The notes beneath the pieces were generated by a model, which worked only from the letters and a program-made list of their open reading frames with translations, searched no databases and was not told the DNA's origin. From NCBI GenBank assembly GCA_963793305.1, contig CAWBZV010000005.1, positions 1,280,001 to 1,344,000 on the forward strand: a stretch of 64,000 nucleotides of DNA. The letters run 5' to 3'. Of this stretch, positions 1 through 9,634 are shown piece after piece. Made by a program: the position numbers and the translations under genes. The stretch comes from an uncultured Gemmatimonadales bacterium. Lineage in GTDB: Bacteria; Gemmatimonadota; Gemmatimonadetes; Gemmatimonadales; Gemmatimonadaceae. Position 1 is the first letter of the stretch, and each line of letters begins with the position of its first letter.

Positions 1-245
1 CCGATCGGCACGTTGGGCACGCTGAATGCGCCGCCGGAATTGGTCATCACCGCCGTCATCGCAGTGCCACCGGTCGGAGTCACGACAACCGAGACGGAGG
101 CGAGGCCGCCCCCCAGGGAGCTCGCTATAGTCCCGGTGACCGTTCCGTACGCGTTCGCCGGAACAATCGGGGTACCGGAGCAAGACAGGAACAAGGACCC
201 GCCGGCAAATGCGGCGACTATCAGGAGGGGAACGCGGACGCGCAT
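1..245 (-). CDS. Lipoprotein with carboxypeptidase-regulatory-like (beta-sandwich) domain, partial (runs off window)
   Basis: Manual translation from ATG 245: MRVRVPLLIVAAFAGGSLFLSCSGTP...GTVTGTIASSLGGGLASVSVVVTP...TNSGGAFSVPNVP. Signal peptide with lipobox-like LSC; GxVxGxI...TxxxGxF pattern. Not in the ORF track. Confidence 0.6.
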   Translation of the reverse strand, partial: MRVRVPLLIVAAFAGGSLFLSCSGTPIVPANAYGTVTGTIASSLGGGLASVSVVVTPTGGTAMTAVMTNSGGAFSVPNVPI

Positions 246-451
246 GGGCGGCACCAGGGTGTCGTCGGATGTGATGGTTTGAACGCAACCAATCGACGAA
301 CACGTGGGATGGACCGTCACCGATGCACGATAAATGCGATCGCCGATGCTCGCCGGTAGTCGTTCACCCCGGCTCCCGTAGCGTTCGCCCAGGGGTGAGT
401 GCCGGTCGGATGCGATAAGCTCTAGCTTCGGCCCAACTGCACGGAGAGGCT

Positions 452-1816
452 ATGGAACCCGCTCTGATGTTATCCCCGAGGACGCTCGGCGAAGCGGTGC
501 CGAGCCATGAGCTCAACCCGCTGCTCCGTCCCATCACCGACGGCCTCGTCGATCTGGCCGGGGTATCGGCGGCCGCCGTGTGGCTCCGCACCGCCGCGCG
601 CGATCCGCGGTTGCACGTTGGCGCGACCGCCGGTGCCTTCGAGGCACACGACTGGGCGTTCGTGCACAAAGCGCTCGACACCCGCCAACCCTACCTGCTC
701 GGCGGCGTGACCGCGGTGTTCCCGCTCGTCGCGCGCGACGAAGTGGTGGGCGTGCTCGCGGTGCTCTATCGCCGGCCGATCGACACCCAGGAATTCGGGT
801 ACTTGGGCCTCATCGCCAATCATACCGCGGGCACGATCGAGGGCGCCCGGCGCGCCACACGCCCGATCTTGCGCGTCGAAAAAAGCGATGAAATCATCGG
901 CGCCAGTGCCGCGATCCGGTCGGTGCTGGACATGATCCATCAGGTCGCGGCCAGCGATACGACCGTCCTGCTCATCGGCGAGACGGGCACCGGCAAGGAG
1001 CTGATCGCGCGAGCGCTGCACGCCCAGAGCGCCAGGGCGCTCAAGCCGATGGTGACGCTCAACTGCGGCGCGATCGCTCCGGGGCTAGTCGAGAGCGAGC
1101 TGTTTGGCCACGAACGCGGCGCGTTCACGGGCGCGGTGCAACGACGCGTCGGACGGTTCGAGGCGGCCGACCGTTCGACACTGTTCCTCGATGAGGTCAG
1201 CGAGTTGCCGCTCGAAGGTCAGGTGAAGCTCCTGCGCGCGCTGCAAGAGCAGGAGGTCGAACGCGTCGGCGCGTCACGCCCGATTCGCGTCGACGTTCGA
1301 CTCGTCGCGGCCACGAATCGCGATCTCGAGCGCGATGTCGCGGAGGGCCGCGTGCGCCCCGATCTCTACTATCGCTTGAACGTGTTGCCGATTCGCATCC
1401 CGCCGCTCCGCGAGCGTCGCGAGGACATCCCGCGATTGACCCACCATTTCATCGCGCATTTCGAGCGAAAACTCGGCAAGCATTTCACCGGCATCGATGC
1501 CGACAGCCTCCGGCGGCTCCGGGCGCATTCCTGGCCGGGCAACGTCCGCGAGCTCCGCAATGTCATCGAACGCGCCTGCGTCCTGGCGCGGGGTCCGGTG
1601 ATCAGCATCGAGCGCCCGCTGGCCGCTATCACCCCGTTGGACGATGACGCCGAGCGATTTACGTCGCTCGCCGATCACGAGCGCTCCTATTTGCGCCGGG
1701 TGCTCGTCCACACGAAGGGCCGGATCTCCGGCCCCAGTGGTGCGGCTGCCATACTCGACGTGCACCCGAATACGTTGCGGTCGCGGCTCGACCGCCTCGG
1801 GGTCACTGCACGATGA
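452..1816 (+). CDS. Sigma54-dependent enhancer-binding protein (GAF-like + AAA+ + Fis HTH)
   Basis: Walker [39 protein letters not shown]-terminal [16 protein letters not shown]. Confidence 0.95.
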   Translation: MEPALMLSPRTLGEAVPSHELNPLLRPITDGLVDLAGVSAAAVWLRTAARDPRLHVGATAGAFEAHDWAFVHKALDTRQPYLLGGVTAVFPLVARDEVVGVLAVLYRRPIDTQEFGYLGLIANHTAGTIEGARRATRPILRVEKSDEIIGASAAIRSVLDMIHQVAASDTTVLLIGETGTGKELIARALHAQSARALKPMVTLNCGAIAPGLVESELFGHERGAFTGAVQRRVGRFEAADRSTLFLDEVSELPLEGQVKLLRALQEQEVERVGASRPIRVDVRLVAATNRDLERDVAEGRVRPDLYYRLNVLPIRIPPLRERREDIPRLTHHFIAHFERKLGKHFTGIDADSLRRLRAHSWPGNVRELRNVIERACVLARGPVISIERPLAAITPLDDDAERFTSLADHERSYLRRVLVHTKGRISGPSGAAAILDVHPNTLRSRLDRLGVTAR

Positions 1817-2898
1817 TCTGACCGTGCATGCCGAGGGCGAGGTGGGGCATGCAATAGAACTTGTACGTGCCAGGCGCGACGCCCGTGAACGACACGGTCG
1901 TCGCGTCGTTGGCATTGATGAGCAACGGGCCGGTCAGCGGTCCTGATGTCCCCTGCATCCCTGCCTGCAGCTGCCGCTGCGCCCCGGCGGGAATGCTGTC
2001 GGGCCAGAAGGTCACGTTGTGTGGCCCGCCGATCTTGTTGACGAATCGCACCGCCTGCCCGACGTGAATAGTCACGCTACTCGGCTCAAATCGATAGCCT
2101 TTCGCGTCGCCGACCATTTCGATGGTGACGGCATCGCTTGGAGCGGTCGCCGAAGGCGCCGCACTCATCACAATGGAGTCCATGCTGACCGGGTGCCGCC
2201 GAAGATTCTGAACGAAGTGCACGATGTCCCAAGCCTGGTCCGGAGACAGCGATCCAGCGAACCCGGGCATTGGTGTCCCGTTGAGCCCCGTCATGATGCG
2301 AAGGTAGATGTCTTGACCTTCGACCCCAGTCTTTATATGACGGCGCGTGAGATCGGCCGGCTGGTCCGGATTACCCCAGGCATCGACCAGACTCCTGGCC
2401 AGCGGCCCATTGCCCGACCCATCGCCGTGGCACGACGAACACGCATTGGCGAACAGGGTGCGACCTGCCGCGACTGATTCTCGCGTTGAGGCTGGCTCCG
2501 GCGATACAGCGATCGGCTGACCCGGCTGCTCGGCGCGCCAACGCGGCGAGAATGTCTGGATATACGCGATGACGTTCGAGCCGCGCGCGCGGGTTGAGCG
2601 CGTAGAATGGCGGCATGACCGTCCCGTACAGCCCGTTGCTGATCGTCCGATCGAGATCCGCGACCGTGGGCAGAGAGCCAAACGGTGTCGACCGGAACTT
2701 GAACAGCCCTTGCCTGAAGTCGCGCGGGCGCGGGTTGGCGAACGGTGCGACCTCGCCGGCTCCGTTCCCACGAACGCCATGACACTGCGTGCAGAACCGG
2801 TTGTAGACAGCCTTGCCGCGTCCTGGATCGCCAGCGTGCTCATCGCGCGGCGGCGCGAACGCCATAAGGGCAAAGCCCACGGTGGCGGCGAACAACAC
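1803..2898 (-). CDS. Diheme c-type cytochrome fused to C-terminal plastocyanin/azurin-type cupredoxin (about 364 aa after removing a +1 base at 2571-2577)
   Basis: GTG at 2898, 1 nt after the upstream stop. Signal peptide; CTQCH...GTVMPPF and CSSCH...GTPMPGF; type 1 copper ligands PHNV and YCMPHLALGM. Two track ORFs join (RARL-DVIAYIQ) when GACGTTC is read as GACGTC. Confidence 0.85.
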
Positions 2899-2899
2899 G

Positions 2900-4150
2900 T
2901 CAGAACGCAAGGAGCAGCCCCGCCCATATGAAGTGCTGCGTGAGATTCGTCCCATCTGATGCCTGGAGGCGGTCCCGCTCCAACGCGTAATACACTTGCC
3001 ATCCCCACTCGAACCGCGACGTGAACTCGACCGTGTGTTGGATCCCGAACAAATAGATGTCCTGATCCCCGAAGCTTCCCGTGTGTCCCGGCACGCCCTG
3101 CGTGACGTTTCGAATCAGGTTGTACCGCGCGAACAGCTCGAAGGGCAGGGCCGGGACGTAGTCGATCTGCACCTCGCCACCGTCGTATAGCGCGTCGTGC
3201 GTCGCGCCGGGAATCAACGCCTTGTCATCCCGTCCTTGAAAGGCAATCGCCTCCAGATGCAGCGGCAAGGCGTCCGACGCGAGCCACGTATCGAACGTTC
3301 CGCCGTACCGCCGCTGAGGCTTGAGGGCCGCGCTGTCGGGTCCGACGGCGACGGTCGCGTACGTGCCGAAGGCACCCAGCTCGACGTTGCGCACGAATCC
3401 GGCCGGTATCTGAAAGAGATGACTGACGTGACCGTACACGCTCGGCGTATTGAACAGCTGGTGGCTTCCGGAGCCAATGCCGTTGTTGTCGTAGAACATC
3501 ACCGAATAGCGGTTGGTGCTTCCCCGGTCATGCCCGGACAGCTCGAGACCAGATGGGTTCGCCAGCAGATCCAGCCCACGGCTCCCGGGGACCGTGTAGC
3601 TCAACGACCTGAGGTTGCCAGGCAGCACCGTCGTGAAGTCTCGCTCGCCAGCGGTCGCGATCGGCAGGTCGAAGTCGAGCTGGCCCAGCCGGAGATTCAA
3701 GGCGTCGGTATCGAAGAGCCGGTTATACCGCAGCCAGGCGGCCTCGAAGAACACACCCCCGCCGCCGAACCCGATCACCGGGCGGATGCTGAACGAGATG
3801 TGCTGGCTGAGGGACGCCATCGCGCCGAGGATCACGAAGCCCGGCGCGACTTCGCCGACATTCGTCACGGTCTGCTTCTCGGACTTGCTGTACTGGTACT
3901 GGTAGTTCTCCTCGACCCAGGCGAAGATCGGCCAGTACGATGGATCAGTCGTGATCGCATCGTCCTTGCCGTTGTTGAAGCGATAGCCATTGTCGCGGAA
4001 CGCACGCCCGACAACGTTCAACAACGGCCACGCTTCGTGGCACGCCGTGCACTTCAATCCGTACTTGCGCGCGAACGCCGGTATCCCATACGCGGGGCGC
4101 GCCATTCCAAAAAGAATCAGGGCCAATAGCAGGCGTTGCAGTCTAGTCAT
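2900..4150 (-). CDS. Cyc2/ExtI-like outer-membrane beta-barrel with N-terminal monoheme motif
   Basis: Signal peptide then IPAFARKYGLKCTACHEAWPLLNVVGRAF; alternating amphipathic beta-strands; C-terminal Phe (WAGLLLAF). Confidence 0.8.
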   Translation of the reverse strand: MTRLQRLLLALILFGMARPAYGIPAFARKYGLKCTACHEAWPLLNVVGRAFRDNGYRFNNGKDDAITTDPSYWPIFAWVEENYQYQYSKSEKQTVTNVGEVAPGFVILGAMASLSQHISFSIRPVIGFGGGGVFFEAAWLRYNRLFDTDALNLRLGQLDFDLPIATAGERDFTTVLPGNLRSLSYTVPGSRGLDLLANPSGLELSGHDRGSTNRYSVMFYDNNGIGSGSHQLFNTPSVYGHVSHLFQIPAGFVRNVELGAFGTYATVAVGPDSAALKPQRRYGGTFDTWLASDALPLHLEAIAFQGRDDKALIPGATHDALYDGGEVQIDYVPALPFELFARYNLIRNVTQGVPGHTGSFGDQDIYLFGIQHTVEFTSRFEWGWQVYYALERDRLQASDGTNLTQHFIWAGLLLAF

Positions 4151-4324
4151 TGGCGCTGCCTAAAGCAGACCCCGGGCCAGGTCCGTCCGGGACAACACAC
4201 CCGCTCCTAACCACTTGCGCCGGCTCAGCCTAGCAACGGTCGCGACGCGAAGCGGCGCGCTGTGCCCCGGTTTCTTTTTCACGACTAATCGTGATTTCAC
4301 GACGGTTGGGTGATATTCCACGAC

Positions 4325-5296
4325 ATGACACCCCGCGCCCTCGTTGCCGCCGCGCTGATCGCGACCCCCGCACTCGCGCAAGCGCCGGCCAAAAGCCTGC
4401 CGCAGCACATCGCCGATGACTTCATTACCCTAGCCGGCGGCCTGCATCCGGGATACCGGCTCAACCACGCCAAGGGGATTGTCCTCACCGGCACCTTCGC
4501 CGCATCACCAGGCGCCACGGCCGTGAGTCGCGCCCCGCATCTCTCGGCCCCGAGCACGCCGGTGATCGTGCGATTCTCGGACCCGACCGGCGTGCCGACG
4601 ATCCCGGACAAGGATCCGAACGCCTGGCCAAAGGGCATCGCGCTGCGCTTCACGTTCCCCAATGGTGCGTACACGGACATCGTCTCGGTGGCGCATAACG
4701 GATTCGTGGTCGGCACCGGCGAGGATTTCGCGGCGTTCCTCGATGCGGCCATTGCGACGAAGCCGAGCAGCCCGCACCCGAATCCGATCGAGAAATTTCT
4801 GGGTACGCACCCGAACGCGAAGAAGTTCGTGACCGATCCGCACCCATTGCCCGTGAGCTACGAGACGGAGACCTATTACGGCGAAAACGCCTTCATCTTC
4901 GTGAACGCCAAAGGGGAGAAGCAGGCCGGGCGCACGCGTATCGTGCCCATGGACGGCGACCGGTGGCTCGATGATGCGGCCGCGGCCAAGACGTCGCCGA
5001 ATTATCTCGTCGACGAGATGCCGAAGCGGTTGCCGTTCAAGATGAAAGTGATGGTGCAGCTGGCGAACCCGGGTGATCCGACCAAGGATGGGTCGGTCGT
5101 CTGGCCCGAAGACCGCAAGCTCGTCGAGCTGGGCGTCATCACCGTCACGACCGTCGCCCCGAATAACGCGGAGCTCCAGAAGAGTTTGGCGTTCAACCCG
5201 ATTTACCTGTGCGACGGAATCACGCTCTCCGACGATCCGCTGCCCGTCATTCGCTCGGCCGTCTACGCCCTCTCCGTCGCCCATCGTCGCCCATGA
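4325..5296 (+). CDS. Secreted catalase-related peroxidase (SrpA-like short catalase domain)
   Basis: RLNHAKG (distal His), VIVRFS, GIALRF, DDPLPVIRSAVY (proximal Tyr); Ala-rich signal peptide. Confidence 0.9.
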   Translation: MTPRALVAAALIATPALAQAPAKSLPQHIADDFITLAGGLHPGYRLNHAKGIVLTGTFAASPGATAVSRAPHLSAPSTPVIVRFSDPTGVPTIPDKDPNAWPKGIALRFTFPNGAYTDIVSVAHNGFVVGTGEDFAAFLDAAIATKPSSPHPNPIEKFLGTHPNAKKFVTDPHPLPVSYETETYYGENAFIFVNAKGEKQAGRTRIVPMDGDRWLDDAAAAKTSPNYLVDEMPKRLPFKMKVMVQLANPGDPTKDGSVVWPEDRKLVELGVITVTTVAPNNAELQKSLAFNPIYLCDGITLSDDPLPVIRSAVYALSVAHRRP

Positions 5297-6456
5297 CCGG
5301 CGTTGGCACGAAATCCGTTTGGGGAGGGGAAGAGGAACCGTCATGGGCGGGCGCGACACAGGTTCCGGTCGTTCACAGTGTGGCGTTCGGCTATGACGAC
5401 GTCGACGAATGGCTCGCCGTCGCGCAGGGGCGCAAGCCGGGACACATCTATAGTCGCAACACGAATCCGACGGTGCACGCGTTCGAAGAGAAGGTCCGCG
5501 TGCTCGAAGGCGCCGAAGCGGCCACGAGCTTCGCCACGGGCATGGCGGCCGTTAGCGGTTCTCTCTTCGCACTGCTCTCGCCTGGTGACCGCGTCGTCTC
5601 GATCCGGGATTGCTACGGCGGCACCAGCAAGCTGTTCGGAGAATTTCTCCCGCGCTTCGGCATTGATGTCGTTCAATGCGAGACGAACAATCCGGCCGCC
5701 ATTTTAGCCGAGATCGCGCGCGGATGTCGAGTACTGTACCTCGAGTCGCCGACAAACCCCACGCTCGCGATCGTCGACATCGCGCGACTCTCGGCGGCCG
5801 CCCATCGCGTTGGCGCCACGGTCGTTGTCGATAACACATTCGCGACGCCGATCAACCAAAACCCGCTGACCCTCGGCGCCGACCTGGTCCTCCACAGCGC
5901 GACGAAATTTCTGGGCGGCCATGCCGATGCACTCGGCGGCGTCCTTGTGGGGTCGACTGAGCACATCGGCCGCATCTATCACTTCCGCGAGATCACCGGC
6001 GCCACGTTGCATCCCGAAAGTGCATATTTGTTATTGCGCGGGATGAAGACGCTACACTTACGAATCCGCCAACAAAACGCGAGCGCCATGACCATCGCGC
6101 GTTTCTTGTCGTCGCACCGGCGCGTGTCGAAAGTGTTCTACCCGGGGCTCGAAACGCACACGCACCACGATGTCGCGGCACGCCAAATGCGCGGCTTTGG
6201 CGGTGTCCTGAGCTTTCTTGTGGAGGGTGGATTCGACGCTGTGCGCGAATTCTTGCCGCGATTGGAATGGGCGCATCGCGCCGCGAACCTCGGCGCGGTC
6301 GAAACCGTCGTCGGCCCACCGGCCACGACGAGCCATGTCGAGAACACGCCCGATGAGCGCCGCGCGCTCGGCATCCCAGAGGGCCTCGTACGCTACTCCG
6401 TCGGCATCGAAGACACCGACGACTTGATCGCCGATCTCACCCAGGCATTGCACTAA
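5293..6456 (+). CDS. PLP-dependent cystathionine gamma-synthase/lyase family protein
   Basis: YSRNTNPT, ESPTNP, VDNTFATP, HSATKFLGGH; ATGA overlap with the upstream gene. Confidence 0.93.
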   Translation: MTGVGTKSVWGGEEEPSWAGATQVPVVHSVAFGYDDVDEWLAVAQGRKPGHIYSRNTNPTVHAFEEKVRVLEGAEAATSFATGMAAVSGSLFALLSPGDRVVSIRDCYGGTSKLFGEFLPRFGIDVVQCETNNPAAILAEIARGCRVLYLESPTNPTLAIVDIARLSAAAHRVGATVVVDNTFATPINQNPLTLGADLVLHSATKFLGGHADALGGVLVGSTEHIGRIYHFREITGATLHPESAYLLLRGMKTLHLRIRQQNASAMTIARFLSSHRRVSKVFYPGLETHTHHDVAARQMRGFGGVLSFLVEGGFDAVREFLPRLEWAHRAANLGAVETVVGPPATTSHVENTPDERRALGIPEGLVRYSVGIEDTDDLIADLTQALH

Positions 6457-6471
6457 GCGGAGAGAAATATC

Positions 6472-7362
6472 ATGCGGGTGCTCGTCACAACACCGACCGG
6501 CCACATTGGAAGCCGCGTCATCCAGCGTCTCACCGGACACGCCGAGATCTCGGTTTTCGCCCGAGACGCGTCGAAGATATCTGCGCCGAACGTCGCGGTG
6601 CATACGGGAGCGCTCGAAGATACCGCGGCGCTGACCCAGGCCGCCGCGGGCGCGCAAGCGATGCTGTTCATCATCCCACCGACCTACTCGACGACCGATT
6701 GGGGCGCGTGGATGCACCAGATCGCGGTCAGCGCTGCCCAAGCCATCCGCGCGAGCGGCGTCTCACGCGTGGTCATGGTGTCCAGCTTCGGCGCCCAACT
6801 CCCCGACCTCGGCCCGATCACAATGCTCGGTAAAGAGGAGCAGGTTATTCGGGCCGCGGCGCCGAGTCTCACGATTCTGCGCGCGGGGGCATTCATGGAG
6901 AACCTGCTCCAGTCTGTCCCGACGGTCCGCGACACGAGCACGATCTACGGTGTCTACGCGCCGGACACGCTCCTGCCGATGATCGCCACCCACGACATCG
7001 CCGACGTCGCGGCCGCGCGGTTGCTCGATACGACATGGACGGGGCAGTCGATCCGTGGGCTGCAAGGGCCGGCCGACATCTCGTATCCGGACGCCGCCCA
7101 CGCGATCGGCGCGGCGCTCCGTCGAAGGATCAACTACGTGCAGGCGCCGGTCAACGTCGCGATGGCCGGCATGCGCGCCGCTGGAATGAGCGAGGCCGTC
7201 GTCACGGGCTACGGCGCAATGCTTCGCGGTCTTGCCACGTTGGGCTACAAGGCGGCCGCCGAGCAGCGAAGCCCGGAGACAACGACGCCGACGACGATCG
7301 ACGAGTTCGCGCGTGCGATCTTCGCGCCCGCGGTCCAGCAAGCGGAGGCCATCAACGCGTGA
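6472..7362 (+). CDS. NmrA-like NAD(P)H-binding protein
   Basis: N-terminal VLVTTPTGHIGSRV Rossmann motif; ILRAGAFMEN; MIATHDIADVAA. Confidence 0.88.
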   Translation: MRVLVTTPTGHIGSRVIQRLTGHAEISVFARDASKISAPNVAVHTGALEDTAALTQAAAGAQAMLFIIPPTYSTTDWGAWMHQIAVSAAQAIRASGVSRVVMVSSFGAQLPDLGPITMLGKEEQVIRAAAPSLTILRAGAFMENLLQSVPTVRDTSTIYGVYAPDTLLPMIATHDIADVAAARLLDTTWTGQSIRGLQGPADISYPDAAHAIGAALRRRINYVQAPVNVAMAGMRAAGMSEAVVTGYGAMLRGLATLGYKAAAEQRSPETTTPTTIDEFARAIFAPAVQQAEAINA

Positions 7363-7392
7363 CGGTCGTCCCGACTGACTCGTCGAACGGAC

Positions 7393-7605
7393 ATGCCGTG
7401 TAAGCCGCCAGCGTGGGACGATTTCGGGCAGACGTTCGAGTCCGGGCGCGAGTACGACGGACCGGCTCAGGTCTGGTACTATATGGTCGATGGGCGGCAA
7501 CAACGGATTCGCCTCCGCGAGTGCCGCCCAACCGATACGACCGAACAGATCAAAGCCGAAATCGAGGCCCACATCGCCTCGAGCAGCCACAAGTTCAGTG
7601 CGTAG
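7393..7605 (+). CDS. Hypothetical protein (70 aa)
   Basis: Fills the gap between genes; protein-like composition; no recognised motif. Confidence 0.45.
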   Translation: MPCKPPAWDDFGQTFESGREYDGPAQVWYYMVDGRQQRIRLRECRPTDTTEQIKAEIEAHIASSSHKFSA

Positions 7606-9625
7606 CAGCGGTCGTCGACCCACCTGGCTTGAGATACGTTGCATACCAATCCAGATACCGCTGCAGCCGATCCGTTCTGAAACTCGGCCGCGTAATTCCG
7701 TGATAGGCTCCGGGATAGATGATCAGCTCCGCCGGGACGCCGAGGGCGCGTAACGCCTGATACATCTGCTCGCCGCCGATCAGCGGGACATTGAAGTCCT
7801 GGTCGCCGCCTAAGAACAACGTCGGCGTCGTGATCTTGTTGGCGTGGAAGAAGGGATAGGAGACCTTGAGCCACAGCTCGGGGTGCTCCCACGGCTGCCC
7901 CAGCTCGGCCACGTACTGCGTGATGTACTCGTCGACGCCATACATCGCGAGTTGCAGCGCGCTCCCCGCGCCGCTGGTCGCGGCCTTGAAGCGATGGTCG
8001 CTCGCGATCGTATAGTCGGTCAAGATCCCGCCATAGGACCAACCGCCGATCCCGAGCCGTGCGGTGTCCGCCAGCCCCATAGCAACGGCATGATCGACGG
8101 CGCCGAGGAGATCCAGCACTTCCTTGTGCCCCCAATCAGCGAGGATTGCTTTCTCGTATTCTTCTCCGCGCCCGTTGCTGCCACGATAGTTCGTCTCGAT
8201 GACGACGTAGCCATTCGCGGCGAAGAGCTGACGCTCGAACGAGAACTCGTGTTGGTCTTGTCCTTCAGGGCCGCCGTGGATTCTGAGTAGTGTCGGATAT
8301 TTCTTGCCGGCGGCATAGCCCACCGGCTTGATGATCAACCCATGGACATCGGCGCCGTCCTTGCTCTTCGAGGCGAATTCCTCGGCGCCGCTGAGATCTA
8401 CACCTCCGAGCCAGGCGTCGTTGACATGTGTGAGCCGGCGTGCGACGCCATGCTCGATGGCGACGACTTCGTTCGGCTGTGTATCGGTCGAGACGAGAGC
8501 CGTGATCGCATCGTCGGAGCCCAACGATGCGTCGCTGACCACGAGCTGCCCTGGCAAAAGCCGCGTGACTTGGCCATTCGCGACATCGATCCGCGCGGGA
8601 TACTGCGACCGGTCATCGGCGACGAGCACGGTGATCGCCTTCCCATCGCTCGACCACCGTGGATCCGCGACGGGCCGGTCGATCGCCGGAGCGATGACCC
8701 GTGGCGAGCCGCCCATAGAGGGGATGACGGAAAGCTGAAACTGGTCGTACGCAAAGAGCTTCGGGTCGGTGCTCCCCGCGAGATACGCGATCTGGGATCC
8801 GTCCGGGCTCCACGCCAGGTGGCTTCGCTCAGGCGGATTGTCCTGTCCGGGCGATGTCGTCAGCTGCCTTGCCGGAGCGCCCGGCTTGGCGTCCATGACG
8901 AACACGTCCCAGTTGTCCGCGCGATCGACATCAGTGGGGAAGCGCTTGCTGGCGAACGCGATCCGCGTACCGTCCGGCGACCACACCGCGCCCCCCTCGT
9001 CGTACGGGCCCGGCGTCATGATCTCCGCTTTGTGCGTCTCGACATCGAAGAGGTAGAGATGCGTGCGCTTCTTCCCCATGTATCCGACGATATCCTGCTT
9101 GAACTGATAGCGATCGATCACGATCGGCTTCGGCTTCTTGGCTTTGCCTGCTTTCGTCGTGTCCTCGGGCTCGTCGGTCACGTCGAGAACGATGTGCTTT
9201 CCGTCCGGAGCCCAGGCGTAGTCCTCGATGTCGCCGGTCAGTTGCGTCACGCGCTCGCCCTCGCCGCCCTGGCGGTTCAGGAGCCACAGCTGCGTGGTCT
9301 CTTCCGAGTCGCCCCGCGACGACAGAAATCCCAGATAGCGCCCGTCAGGACTCCATCGCGGCGTGTTCGCGCCCTCCGTACCGGAGGTCAGCTGAATCGT
9401 CTGCGACCCGTCCCAACGGACCATCCAGATATCCGTATGGTTTTTGTCGGTTACGGAGTCGGCGCCGGTCACGGTGTAGGCCACCCACTGGCCATCTGGC
9501 GAACGTTGTGGATCTTGTATGTCGCGGACCCGGTAGAGGTCGCTCACGCGAAGGGGACGGCGGCTGGTCTGGCCGGAAGCGGTCATCGCGGCGATACACG
9601 CGACGCACACGAGAGAGATGCGCAT
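7595..9625 (-). CDS. S9 family (prolyl oligopeptidase/acylaminoacyl) peptidase with PD40 propeller
   Basis: Signal peptide, repeated WSPDG motifs, IHGGP, nucleophile GWSYGG, DFNVP, YHG. Confidence 0.95.
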   Translation of the reverse strand: MRISLVCVACIAAMTASGQTSRRPLRVSDLYRVRDIQDPQRSPDGQWVAYTVTGADSVTDKNHTDIWMVRWDGSQTIQLTSGTEGANTPRWSPDGRYLGFLSSRGDSEETTQLWLLNRQGGEGERVTQLTGDIEDYAWAPDGKHIVLDVTDEPEDTTKAGKAKKPKPIVIDRYQFKQDIVGYMGKKRTHLYLFDVETHKAEIMTPGPYDEGGAVWSPDGTRIAFASKRFPTDVDRADNWDVFVMDAKPGAPARQLTTSPGQDNPPERSHLAWSPDGSQIAYLAGSTDPKLFAYDQFQLSVIPSMGGSPRVIAPAIDRPVADPRWSSDGKAITVLVADDRSQYPARIDVANGQVTRLLPGQLVVSDASLGSDDAITALVSTDTQPNEVVAIEHGVARRLTHVNDAWLGGVDLSGAEEFASKSKDGADVHGLIIKPVGYAAGKKYPTLLRIHGGPEGQDQHEFSFERQLFAANGYVVIETNYRGSNGRGEEYEKAILADWGHKEVLDLLGAVDHAVAMGLADTARLGIGGWSYGGILTDYTIASDHRFKAATSGAGSALQLAMYGVDEYITQYVAELGQPWEHPELWLKVSYPFFHANKITTPTLFLGGDQDFNVPLIGGEQMYQALRALGVPAELIIYPGAYHGITRPSFRTDRLQRYLDWYATYLKPGGSTTAATH

Positions 9626-9634
9626 GGCCAGATT

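Noticed and set aside
246..451. Sigma54 promoter next to the enhancer-binding protein gene
   Set aside because: No convincing TGGCAC-N5-TTGC-type consensus was found; only a weak TCACCCC/GGGGTGA inverted repeat at 364-398.
8342..9634. 897-aa ORF 8342-11035 as one protein, and other long antisense ORFs (e.g. 17187-18971, 29564-31111, 45923-47983)
   Set aside because: These are Arg/Ala-rich shadow frames opposite well-supported genes, expected at high GC. The real permease starts at 9635.
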